A DNA stretch of 62,874 bases, filler included, from Octopus bimaculoides (lineage: Eukaryota): NCBI RefSeq assembly GCF_001194135.2. It is 5 parts of 4 records of this genome, joined end to end, with 100 filler letters (N's around TTAATTAATTAA, not from the genome) between each part and the next. Parts side by side here need not be neighbours in the genome. Positions count along the whole stretch, not along the records: positions 35,093 to 59,542 come from NC_068982.1; 4 more parts are not named here. One strand, 5' to 3'. The notes beneath the pieces are model-generated. The model did no database searches and was not told where the DNA came from. It was given only the letters and a program-made list of their open reading frames with translations. This document shows, one piece after another, positions 37,201 to 51,027 of the stretch. Numbering within the stretch: the stretch's first letter is position 1; each line of letters starts with the position of its first letter. Made by a program: the position numbers and the translations under genes.

Positions 37201-39250
37201 AGAGTATTGCTGGTCGTGGTATATGTTGATGCGTGTTAGAGGATTAGTGGCACTTACAGTTAAGACGCAGGGTTTGCGGTGGTCGGAAAGAAGTGTTAAA
37301 AAAGACTAAGAATGCCAAACATTCTGATGGTATCAGGCTAAGAAGAGTAACGTGTTAATTAATCCTGCTAATGGAAATGTAGGTTATTGGTATGTTTTAG
37401 TAGATAGTTTTATGATGTGTGATCGGTACTGGATGGCATAAATGTGCTTAGAGATGGTAACAAGAAGAAAGTTCCCTGAATATTATTGTTTCGAATACTA
37501 GAACTCATAGGATCGGGTACCCGGTTTTCATGGCGTGTAAGTGGCCGAAATCATAAACCGAGATCATAAAATAACCCTGAACGGGATGTGAGTCCATCGT
37601 AGGATTACACATTTATTGCTTGATCGAACTGGAGCAATGTAAAATGAAGTGTTTTGCCCAAGAAACACGCCGCGCCATCCTGTCCATTAACTGAAACCTC
37701 GACCTTCTATCTTGAGTACAACACTCTAACCATTGAACCACGCACTTTCCTCATGGCGAGACGAAAGGAAATACAACGTAATTGCCTGTGTCTGGGTTGG
37801 TAGTAAGAATGGTAAGATGGAGTGTTGACTGGAAAAAACATCTGTTTGTTTTCAATTCTATAGAATTAGCAGTTTATTTATAGATGGAGATGAGTGATTG
37901 TCAGATAGACAGAGAATAGGAGTGTGCTGAGTGGTTAGAGTTTAAAGGAAGTTGCCCGTCACTGGGCTTTGGTGATAATCCAAACAACATATCTTTGTTG
38001 GATTGTGGATGGAGCAACAGTTGCAAACGTATGAAAGTATATACGAACTATATACACACAAACTCATTCAGTACTAAACATATGAAATATGCACAAACTT
38101 CTTTAGTCATGTATTCCAATGTAGTCTAATTTTATGATTTAAAAAAAAGTTTTTTGTATATTTACGTATGAATTTCCTGCAGTTTGGAAGAGTAAATTTC
38201 CTAAATCCATCATCAGCGTTTGTGGACTTTCGTTGTATCATCTTCAGAATGAAGTATGTTGGCATTTGTCATAACTATTTTTATAATAAAGTGGCCCAAT
38301 GTGATTGGTATAGACATTACCACCAGAATTTGAATGTCGACTTTGAAATTTACACTTGAACAGTCAAATGCTTTGTTTGACAAGTGTCTGTGGTCTTCGT
38401 GTGTTTATTTAATATTGTCATGTGTTGTGGATATTTGTTCCATCCTTGATCCATTAATTTTATAAGGAATTCAGTAGAGTTTAATTATATTGTCTAAGAA
38501 CGTTTTACTGCCTGATTTTGTATTGTGTTGTGCGGTGTAGAGCACAGTATTTACTTCTTACGTGGTGGACCAGCAGAGTAGGTCGATTAAGTAGTTGGTG
38601 TCGTGAAGTTTACGACTTTAACATTTGCAATGGAATAAATAATCCACAGTAATTAGTAGCTTATTCACACATTTACATAACTTCTGTTTGTCATTCGTGA
38701 GAAGGTTTTGGTACATTTGTATATTATTAATTTTATAAGGGATGTAGAGTTATTCTGGGTCTTCTTTTATGGTTTGGTGTAATAAGGAACTCGATATTTT
38801 ATGAGATTTTTGGCGATGTGTTCATCTATTCAATAGTTATATATTAAAATTCCAAATTGGGTGGGGGTGGAACAGGCAGAATCCAGGTTACATATGTTTC
38901 TTAGCTAACTAATCCTCTGATGTAATAATTTCTCAATGAGAGATACTCAGTTAAGCTATTCATCAGGCCGAGGACGCTTTCAACTTCGATATGGAAAAAA
39001 GTGTGTAACCTTCGACGCCAATAAATTGTTACTGTTCCTTATCGTACACTGTCAACATTTTGTTTTCTATACGGACTGCTTGAAGCTTACAAACTTCCTT
39101 CACTTGGACCCTTGGATCTTACACATATATCGTTAGTATACATTAGATTTATATAACACATTTTGCCTGTTGTTTATGTATTTCTTACCAGTGGCGTATC
39201 TGAGTAGATTTAGTGCCATTCCCACTCGGGCAGTCTCCACTTCTTGTATT
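37200..39250 (-). pseudogene. Highly decayed CR1/L2-like LINE remnant interrupted by a SINE
   Basis: Only weak frameshifted motifs (KRPRPDE ~ KAPGPD; ILHSEDDTTK ~ YADDTK; AQ*RAT ~ VQRRAT); strand-biased G/T composition. Confidence 0.35.
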
Positions 39251-40036
39251 TCATGAGTTCACTCTACTCACTTAGGTTCAATACTAACCACTTGCTCTGT
39301 ACTCTATCAGAGCTTTAGAAGTTTCCACGTATGCAATTGATGTTCTTTTGTACCCTTCAGCCTGCATATGTCCTTATAGATCTTACCAATCTTCAAAAAG
39401 CCTGGACGCTAAACCAAACTTAATAATGATAATTATTTCTACTATAGTCTCAAAACCTGAAATGTTGGGGGAGGGGTAAGTCGATTACATTGACCCCAGT
39501 ACTCAACTGGTACTTAATTTATCGACCTCGAAAGGATGAAAGGCAAAGTCAACTTCGGTGGAATTTGAACCCAGAACTTAAAAAACAGACGAAATGCTGC
39601 TAAACATTTTGTCCGGCGTGCTAACTAAATAGTAGTAGTAGTAGTAGTAATAGCGACGGCGGCGGCGGCGGTGACAGCGGCGATGGCGGCAGAGGCGGGG
39701 GTGATGTTGTTGTTGTTGATGATGATGATGATGATGATNNNNNNNNNNNNNNNNNNNNNNNNNNNNNNNNNNNNNNNNNNNNNNNNNNNNNNNNNNNNNN
39801 NNNNNNNNNNNNNNNNNNNNNNNNNNNNNNNNNNNNNNNNNNNNNNNNNNNNNNNNNNNNNNNNNNNNNNNNNNNNNNNNNNNNNNNNNNNNNNNNNNNN
39901 NNNNNNNNNNNNNNNNNNNNNNNNNNNNNNTTATCTTTTATATTTTATCTCTTTTGTTTATTTATTTTCTTTCCTGTGTGTTCTTTTTTTATGTTAAACT
40001 ACGATTAATTTCAAAGTCAAGTTCTTGGAATGACTA

Positions 40037-40071
<35 letters not shown>

Positions 40072-40078
40072 TAATAAC

Positions 40079-40127
<49 letters not shown>

Positions 40128-40839
40128 TATTCTGGAGTTGTTTTTAATGAATTTTTAAGAATAGGTAATTATTTCATTCATCCTTTTTATCTATTTTTGA
40201 ATTTCAGAATTTTATTATTCTTTTTGCTTTTCGTGTTCATTTTGCTGCTTATCACAGCGTTAAACGGTTCACTTTCATTAACCATTTCTTCTGTAGGTGG
40301 CACTTTAAAATCTTATATATTTATGTTTTTAGTTTTGTCTTTTATTGAGTGATTTTTAAATACGAAATTATACAAATTGATTCAGGATGCTTCGCATTTT
40401 AATTTTTTTTTTAATCACAGAGCGCTCTAGATAATTCTTATAGAATTGTTCTTGGAATGAATATGGAACGTGCTGCGTCTAATTTATGCAAGAATCATTT
40501 CTAACTCAAACGCAAGGACAATTGCTCTGAAGGAATAGTTTTGTCGATTTCATACATACACCGCTCGTTTTATCGGCAATGAAGAAATAAATGACAATTT
40601 TTTCCAGTGAGATTTCAATCACAACCGAATATGGAATCACAGTACATGTGCACAGCGAAAATAGTATATACACCCTACATACACACAGCTAAAATGCTCA
40701 ATTAAGAGAAGATAACTCCATACAAATACTGCATCCTGATAACTACAGGGCTTGTGGTACTTGCTGCACCAGATCAACACAAGCTTGAAGGTGTTGATCA
40801 ATACAAGTGTGGGACTGGCTCTGCTTAAACCTTACCCAC

Positions 40840-40902
<63 letters not shown>

Positions 40903-41599
40903 CGTGCACGGTGTTCAGCAAACCAAGACACCAGCATCGTGCTGTCTTGTTGAACCCTCAAGTGTCGAAATGACGAGAGTTCACATCATCAGATGCACAC
41001 GCACACACACCATACACACCACACACTATACGCACCACACATACNNNNNNNNNNNNNNNNNNNNNNNNNNNNNNNNNNNNNNNNNNNNNNNNNNNNNNNN
41101 NNNNNNNNNNNNNNNNNNNNNNNNNNNNNNNNNNNNNNNNNNNNNNNNNNNNNNNNNNNNNNNNNNNNNNNNNNNNNNNNNNNNNNNNNNNNNNNNNNAC
41201 ATACGTACACTAACTGGCACATACAACGCATCCATATGTTCTCTGATATCATTCTTTTGATATTAAAACAACAATGTATGTCTTTATGTTGAGTTCAAAT
41301 TCCGCAGAAGTCGACTTTAGCTTTCATCCTTCCGGAGTCGATAAATTAAGTACTACTTTCGTACTGTGGTCGATCTAATCGACTGGCGCCCTCCTCAAAA
41401 ATTTCGGGTCTTGTGCCTAGAGTAGAAAAAATTAAAACAACAATTTTCCTTTCAAATTTCCTCTTAGTCAGCGGTCAAACATGTGAACGGACCTTGAGTC
41501 CGTTGTTTTTTTTTCTTTGATTTTTACTGCGTTTCTTCATTTTAAATTTATATTTTATATCCTAAACATTTTATATCCTAATCGTAAAACCCTTTACTC

Positions 41600-42600
41600 T
41601 CTCCCTTCTTTGAACGTCAAACTAATAACACTGACTGTGAACATCTTTTGTACGTTCGTGGTGGTTGAGTTCTGCTCCTCAAATCAGTGTTGTGATTTGG
41701 AGAGGATGAGGTATGGGTCAGTTATGTCAAAGATTAGATTTTCTAGAATGTCTTTTGGTGGACATAGAAGGGTGAGTGACCTGTATAATGTTACTTCACT
41801 TGGGTTTTGGTTGAAGCGTAGAATTGCCATAATTTCGCCCAGATTCCACATTCTAGAAATTTGGCAACGTTGTTGCAAGTTATAGATGTTGGTGAGTGCA
41901 TTGATACATTTCGTTCCTAGCTGTTTATGATGTATGTGCTCGAGATTTTATCTGGCCCTAATGCTTTTCAGATTTTAGACTTAAGATTTCTCTATTGCCT
42001 TTTAGGTCTCTGGTCAAAGGAGAGTTAAAATCGTGCTCAGGTGTAAGGTGAGCATTTAAAATTTTGTATTTCGTGTGTCCTTTGTCAGAATTTTAGTAGA
42101 TGATTTTCAAGAAATGTTTAATGAAGCTGTTTGCTTGGTGTCGCAATATATTATTTGAGGTCGTTTTTTGTAATATGAGTCGTGTTGTTATTGTTGTTTT
42201 TGTTGTTGCTAATAATGCTAATAACTCCGTATAATGTTTTCCTATTAGTTTCTTTTGTTTATGTCGGATACAAATGTTTTCCTGTTCTCTGTGTTTTTAA
42301 CGTTTATTTATTTAACCATTTATTTATTAGTATTTTCCAATTTAATTGTCTCATACTGGATTTAATTTCGAGTGAGTGGTTTTGGTGTATTGTGTTGGTG
42401 AGTCTGTTTTTTATGAGGTATAATGTCTATATAGTTGATGATTAGTATTGTTGAATGCATTGTACTACAGTGTCTATATTAGTGATTGTGAATGAGTGTG
42501 GTGTTGTTGATCGTATTGTACTGCCATTATATACTGGTGACTGAAGTGGTGTTGATTTCTAAAAAATCTTGATTCATTTTCTCGGTTTCATTATTTCATT
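41600..42600 (-). pseudogene. APE-type LINE reverse transcriptase N-terminal region, decayed
   Basis: ALGPDK / HKQLGTKCINALTNIYNL...WNLGEIMAILRFNQNPSEVTLYRSLTLLCPPKDILENLI...SQH*F...STT matches the KAPGPD...W-I-K-YRPISLL-K-LE...Q-GF-ST series. Confidence 0.75.
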
Positions 42601-44758
42601 TTTTTTTTTATGTTTGTAAAAGTGTTTCTTCTGTCTTCACAATGCTACGAGTGTTTTAGAGCCCGCTTTTTGCTGGTGCGTAGCGTCCGGCCTTCACTGA
42701 CGATATTCACACATGTGAGAAATATATACGAGTGAGAAGGAAATGGCTGCTATTTCTTGTGTGTCAGCACTTGCGTTGAGGCTAACTTGCTAGCTCAGTA
42801 TGTTACATATTATAGCGCATAGTCAAGTGAATGGACTTAAGTGTAAAACAAGTGCATATTTTATAGACCCTAAGATGATGAAGTCAATCCAAATTCAATT
42901 TGAATGCAAACCTAAAATAAAAATCACATTTAGTACAATAAAATATTCAATTCGCTATTCTGAAAGTTGCCACAACTCCTCCCTTAATTTTTGCAATATG
43001 AATTTCTTAAAAGCACAAAGCCATCATATTTGAATTTATAGAAATTTATGTCTTTTCAAGTTATAGTCTGTAGTGAGCCTTGAAGCACCAAATACAGTAA
43101 ATTTAAACTGTACCCTTTCTGGCAAGGTCCAATATTTCTTTCCTTTATTTCTTTGTATATTTATCTACCTGTTGGTTTGATTCGGAGGAAAGGACTGTTC
43201 CCTGTGGTTGTCGCAGGCCTTTAGAGGCCAATGAGATCAATGTCGTTAATATTCATCTTAAACATTTACTAGTTGACGAATGTGAGAAAAATATATGTAA
43301 CATGAGCAGGGAAGAATTCTAGAGGTCTGATATTCTGAGGAGAATATCAAAGTGGTTAGTGGTGATGGTGGTGGTAGTGAATTTGCTTGCGGGTATTTGA
43401 AATTATGAGGTCTTGTTGCATGTGGAATGTAGAGGAATATATGTAAAAAGATAGTTTCAATCACCTGCTTAACTGTCTCGGTTGGGCCACGATTAAAAAG
43501 AGCATGTGCTGTTATTTGAAGGGTAAGTGACATGTCAATTATTCTTTTAACTAAAGCATTAGTGACATAAATGAGATGAACTCCTAATCGAAATTAGATC
43601 GAAGTCACAGCTCAGCTAATGCTTATATTTGCTTTACGATGTTTGTCACAGTATAATAGAATTAACTATGCAATCGGGGTGCATCCAGTTTGGTCGTAGA
43701 TCTAATGGAATTAGTTAATATACAACTTCAGAGTACTTAGCTCTATTATGATTCTGTGTCTATAAGACGATTTGAACTGAGAGTATCAAGTTAACGAAAC
43801 TGTTATCAATTATACTGAATTCCCTGTTATTTTTTCGTTGCTGAGCTTGTACCATTCAATGATATTTATAGAAAGATGAATTGTTTCTACTATTGAATAT
43901 TTATTGTGTGTTGAGTATGAATTAAAGCGGTGAGCGAGCAGAATCGTTAGCACACCGGACAAAGTGCTAAGCAGCATTTGGCTCGTCTTTACGTTCTGAG
44001 TTCAAATTCCGCTGAGGTCGACTTTGCTTTTTAGCCTTTCGGGTTCGATAAAACAAGTACCAGTTCAATACTGGGTTGATATAATCGACTTATCCCCTCC
44101 CCCGAAATTGCTGGCCTTGGGCCAAAATTTGAAACCAATATTAATTATGAATAATCTCGGTGGTCACGATGTAGTGCAGTGATGAAACGGAATTGTTTCA
44201 AGATATAAAATCAGGAATAAAATTTCTTTAACAAATTCGTAGATATTGAATGAGCAAGATTTTTCACCCAAATGGCGTTTCTCATGTCCAGTTTATACAT
44301 TATTCCCCAAATTTTAGCTACGTTAGTAAAAATATCACCAGAAATATTACCGAAATAATTTTATCGATTCGTGAATATCAAAAAAATTATTTCAATCTCA
44401 TTAAAACACTCTAATAACCACAATATTCTATTCACGAACATATTAACACCTCAAAGAGATGCATTAATTCCTGAGATAAATTGCAACCGATAAAAGAGAA
44501 TTTCAATTTTATTGCCTTTATCATTCTACGAGTGACATACTCAGTAATTGTAAATAAAAACAAACGACAAAGCAAACATTAACAGTGAAGTCTCATAATT
44601 TTGTGATATTTTATGAAAATATTGGTTTCTTTGGAAGAAATATAACCCTATAATTTTAGGAGAGAATAACAAAAGAGAAGCTGCAAGGTTTATGCCTTTC
44701 CCAATGTTTTCTTTTAGCCGAAAATCGAAATGCCACCATAGACCTAATACACCAAGAG

Positions 44759-44960
44759 CTCTACGATTCTTGTTATACTTTAAAATTTCGATGTACTTCT
44801 CTGAAAATCTCGATGTTTTTCAGAAATTCTTTCTCAACGATTTTTGCTCAACTTAAAAAATTTCGATGCATTTCAGTGAAAAAATCCCTATGCATTTCAG
44901 AATTTTTGCTCTACGATTTTTCCTATACTTAAAAACGTTCGATACATTTTAGCGAACATG
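44759..44960. repeat. Degenerate ~75-bp tandem repeat, about 2.6 copies
   Basis: ctc(t/a)acgatt...aaaatttcgatg...tcagaa units start at ~44759, 44833 and 44909. Confidence 0.7.
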
Positions 44961-46850
44961 CTACCAAAGAAATTAATATATTTTGATATTAGCTGTGAAA
45001 AATCTGAATTGTAAACGTAATGAATCAATACATGGGATCTTGCTGCTTGCGTGATTTAAAACAAGATTGTCCTGTATAACAATCCAAAGGTATTGAAAAT
45101 ACGTTTGCTACATTACTAGGAAAAACTCGATTATAATAGCATAGTCAAGAAAAATTTCTTCATTGAGTCACCCATAGTATTACTATAATTTGGAAGGCTT
45201 TGAAATCGTTCAAAATTTGTTTGTCAAAATTTTACTCGATTTCAATAAAAAAAAATTAAAGAATTTTATGATTTGATATTGCATTGCTGTATAAAAATGG
45301 TTCAAAACACATTCTTTTCTAGTTTCTCTGTTTCCTATTCTGGTGGTGATAGATCTCCGCCGCTCTACGATGGGGACTCAGTTGTTCGATCAACTACTTC
45401 GAAATTAACATATGAGTGGCTGGGTATTCCGCAAATATGTGTACCCTTAACATCATTCTCTGACAGAATCAGCGTCGCACAATATGTGTATTTAAGCTCA
45501 GTGAGATAGAGCCCTTATGGTTGCAAAGTGAACACCTCAACCGTTCATCCACATTCATACATACATACACATATATACATACATACAGAGAGAGAGGGGG
45601 AGAGAAGGGAGAGGGGGAGGGGGGAGAGGGGGAGAGAGAGAGTGNNNNNNNNNNTACAGAGAGAGAGGGGGAGAGAAGGGAGAGGGGGAGGGGGGAGAGG
45701 GGGAGAGAGAGAGTGGGAGAGAGAGAAAAGCAATCATTAACATACAAGCATTCATAGTCGACCAGAAAGGAATATGACCTAGTAACAATACCGGGATTTC
45801 ACTACTTATTTTAGATGCCAATACAATCGTGATCCAACAGAGAAACTCCCCTACTTTTGATCCAGCGATACATCCAGCATATGACAGACGAAAGGAGAGA
45901 AAATGGTTTATTATGACATTGCAATGCTATAAAAAAATAACTAAAACACATTGTTTTCCAGTTTCTGTTTCATCCGGTGATGGTGGTGGATCTCTGTCAT
46001 ACGACAACGAGGATTTAATTGCTCCTGAATTAACGTTTAAGAGGCTGAATATTCCATAGATACGAGCACCCTTAACATAATTCTCCAGCAGAATCAGTGT
46101 GATACAGTGTGTGTGTGACAAGCTGTACGTTTTAGTATTACAGGTACAGTACAGGTACAATTCACCCGACAGGCTTCTATTCAGTGCCCGTCAACCCAAT
46201 TTCGCCCATATGATATGGATCAACTCGATGCGCTAAAAAGTAACCCTTTTACAATGCCACGCAGCTTGATCGAACCCGGAACCATTTAGCTATCCTGCGC
46301 TTACTGTGTCACTTATAAGAAAGCAAAATTAATTCTTTAATTCTTTTTCTAAAGATAACAAAATAAATACTTTGAGCCCTAAAACTCATAAATCCGGTCA
46401 TTCGGTTTCCATGGCCTATAAGTGACTGTCATCACAATATTTGATGAAGAAGATGTTGGTCTGTTGCAGCATTCAAGACCAGCAATCTTGAGTTGATAAT
46501 ATCGACCCCAGTACTTTATTAATACTTCACTTTATCGACCTCGAAGGGATGAAAGGCAGAGTTAGATACATCCATCTTAGTTACTGGCTGAAATATTGGT
46601 AACTTGAGAGTCAAGGCGGTAACTTTTATCGAGCATCATAAACCCGAAAGTAGCAACAGAACTGAACTGAATAGCACGTAGTGGCTTCTCTAATCACTTC
46701 GCCCTATGTATGTGCGAAATTATTATGAAATGGGGGGAGGGGGTGATTGGTTTGCGGGGTGACTATGTGTGTAAGTGTTTAATGTGTTTCCTAGTTACTT
46801 AGACATATAGATGAGTATTCTAGTTTGGGATTATGCCTGCATGAAGATAA

Positions 46851-46927
46851 TACTGCTGCTATTTAACCCTAGGAAGCTGGACCGCTTCCTAGGGCTTCCA
46901 GCTTCCTAGGGTTAAATATCAGTAGTA
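46851..46927. repeat. Hairpin with 22-bp perfect core arms and a third partial arm copy in the loop
   Basis: tatttaaccctaggaagctgga-ccgcttcctagggct-tccagcttcctagggttaaata. Confidence 0.9.
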
Positions 46928-47343
46928 TGATTATCTTATTGGGACTGTCACATTAAGTTAACAGTATACAACTGATTTATCGTAACATTTATCGTGTATA
47001 TCTATCTATCTATCTATCTATATACATACATACGTACATACATACATACATACATGCATACATACATACATACATACAAACATACATACATGCGGCTTTG
47101 TATTTATGCGTGTGAGTAGTAATGTTCGGATGACACTATTCCCAGTATTCTGTCACCTCATAAAATTCCTTTGTTATGCTTGAACTAGCTTCAAAATAAT
47201 ATTCTCGACTTGACACACACAACCACACGCACACACATACACACATCTCATGCACACAAACACACAAACAAACATCTTCTGCACACTTACACCCATCACA
47301 AAAACTATCCTATTTTTCTTGTATCCCACGACGTATGCATGCA

Positions 47344-47375
<32 letters not shown>

Positions 47376-48633
47376 GGTGTACGTGTTTGCGTGCTTTAGA
47401 GGTATATAATGTTTTTATCATATCAAATTAAATACGCTGTATACGCGAGGGTGAGTGTATGTGTGTGTGTATCTATGTACATATATAGATGTAAATATGT
47501 AAATATATATGTGTGTGTGCATGTAAGCGGGGGTGGGCGCGGATGTGTGTCTGTGAGTCAGTGTGCATAAAAACGTAATCGTAAAAGCGCATACGCACAT
47601 CTGTTGTTTTGCTTTTTGTTTTTTTATCTTGCAAAAGATTCTTCCTGAAATCATCTAAAAAAAGATACTCAGGGTGCAATTAGCCCCGTTTGTCATATTC
47701 CTAAATAAGTGAATAATTTTCACTCAATCAATAAAATATGGGAGAATCATTATCAAGTACAGCCTTAACGTTTGATAAATACGTAGACATTTTTATATAC
47801 ACTTCCATGCAGCGTTAATGCACGCAAATATATGTGTGCACACACAGCCACATACATNNNNNNNNNNNNNNNNNNNNNNNNNNNNNNNNNNNNNNNNNNN
47901 NNNNNNNNNNNNNNNNNNNNNNNNNNNNNNNNNNNNNNNNNNNNNNNNNNNNNNNNNNNNNNNNNNNNNNNNNNNNNNNNNNNNNNNNNNNNNNNNNNNN
48001 NNNNNNNNNNNNNNNNNNNNNNNNNNNNNNNNNNNNNNNNNNNNNNNNNNNNNNNNNNNNNNNNNNNNNNNNNNNNNNNNNNNNNNNNNNNNNNNNNNNN
48101 NNNNNNNNNNNNNNNNNNNNNNNNNNNNNNNNNNNNNNNNNNNNNNNNNNNNNNNNNNNNNNNNNNNNNNNNNNNNNNNNNNNNNNNNNNNNNNNNNNNN
48201 NNNNNNNNNNNNNNNNNNNNNNNNNNNNNNNNNNNNNNNNNNNNNNNNNNNNNNNNNNNNNNNNNNNNNNNNNNNNNNNNNNNNNNNNNNNNNNNNNNNN
48301 NNNNNNNNNNNNNNNNNNNNNNNNNNNNNNNNNNNNNNNNNNNNNNNNNNNNNNNNNNNNNNNNNNNNNNNNNNNNNNNNNNNNNNNNNNNNNNNNNNNN
48401 NNNNNNNNNNNNNNNNNNNNNNNNNNNNNNNNNNNNNNNNNNNNNNNNNNNNNNNNNNNNNNNNNNNNNNNNNNNNNNNNNNNNNNNNNNNNNNNNNNNN
48501 NNNNNNNNNNNNNNNNNNNNNNNNNNNNNNNNNNNNNNNNNNNNNNNNNNNNNNNNNNNNNNNNNNNNNNNNNNNNNNNNNNNNNNNNNNNNNNNNNNNN
48601 NNNNNNNNNNNNNNNNNNNNNNNNNNNNNNNNN

Positions 48634-48664
<31 letters not shown>

Positions 48665-49273
48665 CACACACATATATTTGTACATACATATTATGCGTAT
48701 GTATATATATATATATGTACGTGCGTGTGTGTACGTGTGTGTGTGTAAATAATCTTGCTTTCACCCCTTACTGTATCCCTATTTTTCTTCACTTTCTCTT
48801 CATCTTCCTCATTATACACACAAATACATATTAAATTATATTTCAGGCGTGGCTGTGTGGTATGAAACTGCGTGGTTCCCAACCACATGGTTCAGGGTTC
48901 AGTCCTATTGCGTGACACCTTGGGCAAATGTTTTCTACTTTAGCCTCGGGCCGACCAAAGCCTTGTAAGTGGATTTGGTAGAAGAAAATTGAAAGAAGCC
49001 CGTCATATATGTGCGTGTATTTGTGTGTGTGTGTATGTGTGTTTGTGTGTGTGTTTGTGTGTGTGTGTCTATGTATCTATGTTTCTCCCCCTCATCACCG
49101 CTTGACAAATGGTGTTGGTTTATTTAAGTCCCCGTAACCAAGCGGTTCGGCAAAAGAAACTGATAGGATAAGCTACTAGGCTGTAAAAATCCTGGGGCGA
49201 TTTGCTCGACAAAAGAAACCCTTCAATGCGGTGATTCAGCATGACCTCAGTCAAATGACTGAAACAAGTAAAA

Positions 49274-49310
<37 letters not shown>

Positions 49311-49852
49311 AAGAAGAAGAAGGAGGAAAGAAAACGGAGATTAGGAAGTTAATAATTGTTTGTTATTAATAGCAAATTGGTCATCGTCTCTTATATATAT
49401 ATAAATACGAACGTAAGTATGTATGTATGTATGTATGTATGTATTATATATGTGTGTATGTATGTAGTTGTGTTTTGTCATTACAATTTTTAATTGAAAA
49501 CAGTGGCAATAACAATAAACAGACCATATCTTCTACTCCTGTACTGCGCACTCCTTTCTCATTCATTCGACATAAAGCAACGTGCTTACATGTGTGTGTG
49601 TGTGTGTGTGTAAAGGTGAGATCCAAAGATCCAGGTGTAGGAAGCCAGTAAGTATCGAACAGTCCTGTAGAAGGTATAAAAAAACAATTTTCGGGAATAG
49701 TCGTTTACTGACGTAGAATGTTGCAAATTTTATATCTGTTGTTTGTACCTGATGTATATGTTTGAAGTGTTTCTCAACATATGAAACTATTAGTAGCACA
49801 TAAAAACATGTACTGTGCCTATTAAATTTTATATNNNNNNNNNNATATTACG

Positions 49853-50159
49853 GAGAATTCTTTGGGGTTTGAATAATTCACCTCTGGAAACATGGGTGTT
49901 TCGTTCATCATCCTTAAACAACCCTTATTCAGGGACCTTTTGAGCGGGATGGGCTACTCGACCTGAAGAAAATTCTAACTCGGCCCCACCGCAAGGTCAT
50001 GAGCTATTTATCTCGATATGAGATCACCATGTCGTGCACATATGATTGTCATGTATGTGTTTGATGTACCCTTATCAGACGGGTAGTCATGGTGGATATA
50101 CTGGGCTTCGTATATTTTACCCCAGTGTCACTTTGACGGCATGCACTGCTCTCTCATTC

Positions 50160-50191
<32 letters not shown>

Positions 50192-50970
50192 CATACTGAT
50201 AAACAATAAGAACATGGTACTAGAAAGTAAGAAATTTAAGATGTTGTGGGACTTCAACATTCAGACTGACAGAATAATAGAAGCTGGAAGACTTGATTTG
50301 GTAGTAGTAGATAAAAAGAACAGAAAGTGTCAGATAATTGACTTTACAGTCCCAAATGATGAAAACGTTAATATGAGAAGTATAGAAAAAAATAGCAAAA
50401 TACCAGGACCTAGCTATTGAATTCCAGAGACTATAGAAAGTGTGGGTAAAATGTTTCCCAGTAGTTATAGGTGCATTGGGAACTATCCCTAAAGATCTGA
50501 ACTGAGGAATAGAGGAAATAGGCATAAAACCCAGTTTATTACAGCACCGGAAAACAGTGTTATTAGGGACAGATAGGATATTTAGGAGGGTTCTTAGCAA
50601 CTAAAGTTACTAGTTGTAGCCCGATGTTAGGATTTGTTTCTTTTCCAACAGTCTAATCTTTGAATAATTCACCTCTGGAAGCATGGTGTTTCGTTGAACA
50701 TTCTCAAACAACCCTTATTCAGGGACCTTTTGAGCAGGATGGGTTTACTTGACCTGAAGAAAATTCTAACTTGGCCGCACCTGCAAGGTCATGTGCTGTT
50801 TATCTTGATATAGGATCACCATGTCGCGCACATATGGTTGTGATGCACATGCTTGGTGCACCATTATCAGATGAGTAGTCATGATGGGTATATCAGGATT
50901 CGCATATTTTACCTCAGTGTTACTTTGATGGCATGTACTGCTCTCTTACTTAATAAAAATATTATAAATC

Positions 50971-51027
<57 letters not shown>

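Noticed and set aside
38205-38260. CTGAAGA and CTGATGA on the minus strand near GAAA
   Set aside because: No stem II; falls in the YADDTK-like region of a decayed LINE.
42698-42740. CTGACGA-tat-tcac-acat-gtga-GAAA
   Set aside because: No stem I pairing; cannot be distinguished from chance.
45585-45722. Duplicated GA-rich block
   Set aside because: Low-complexity sequence duplicated across a 10-N gap; probable assembly artefact.
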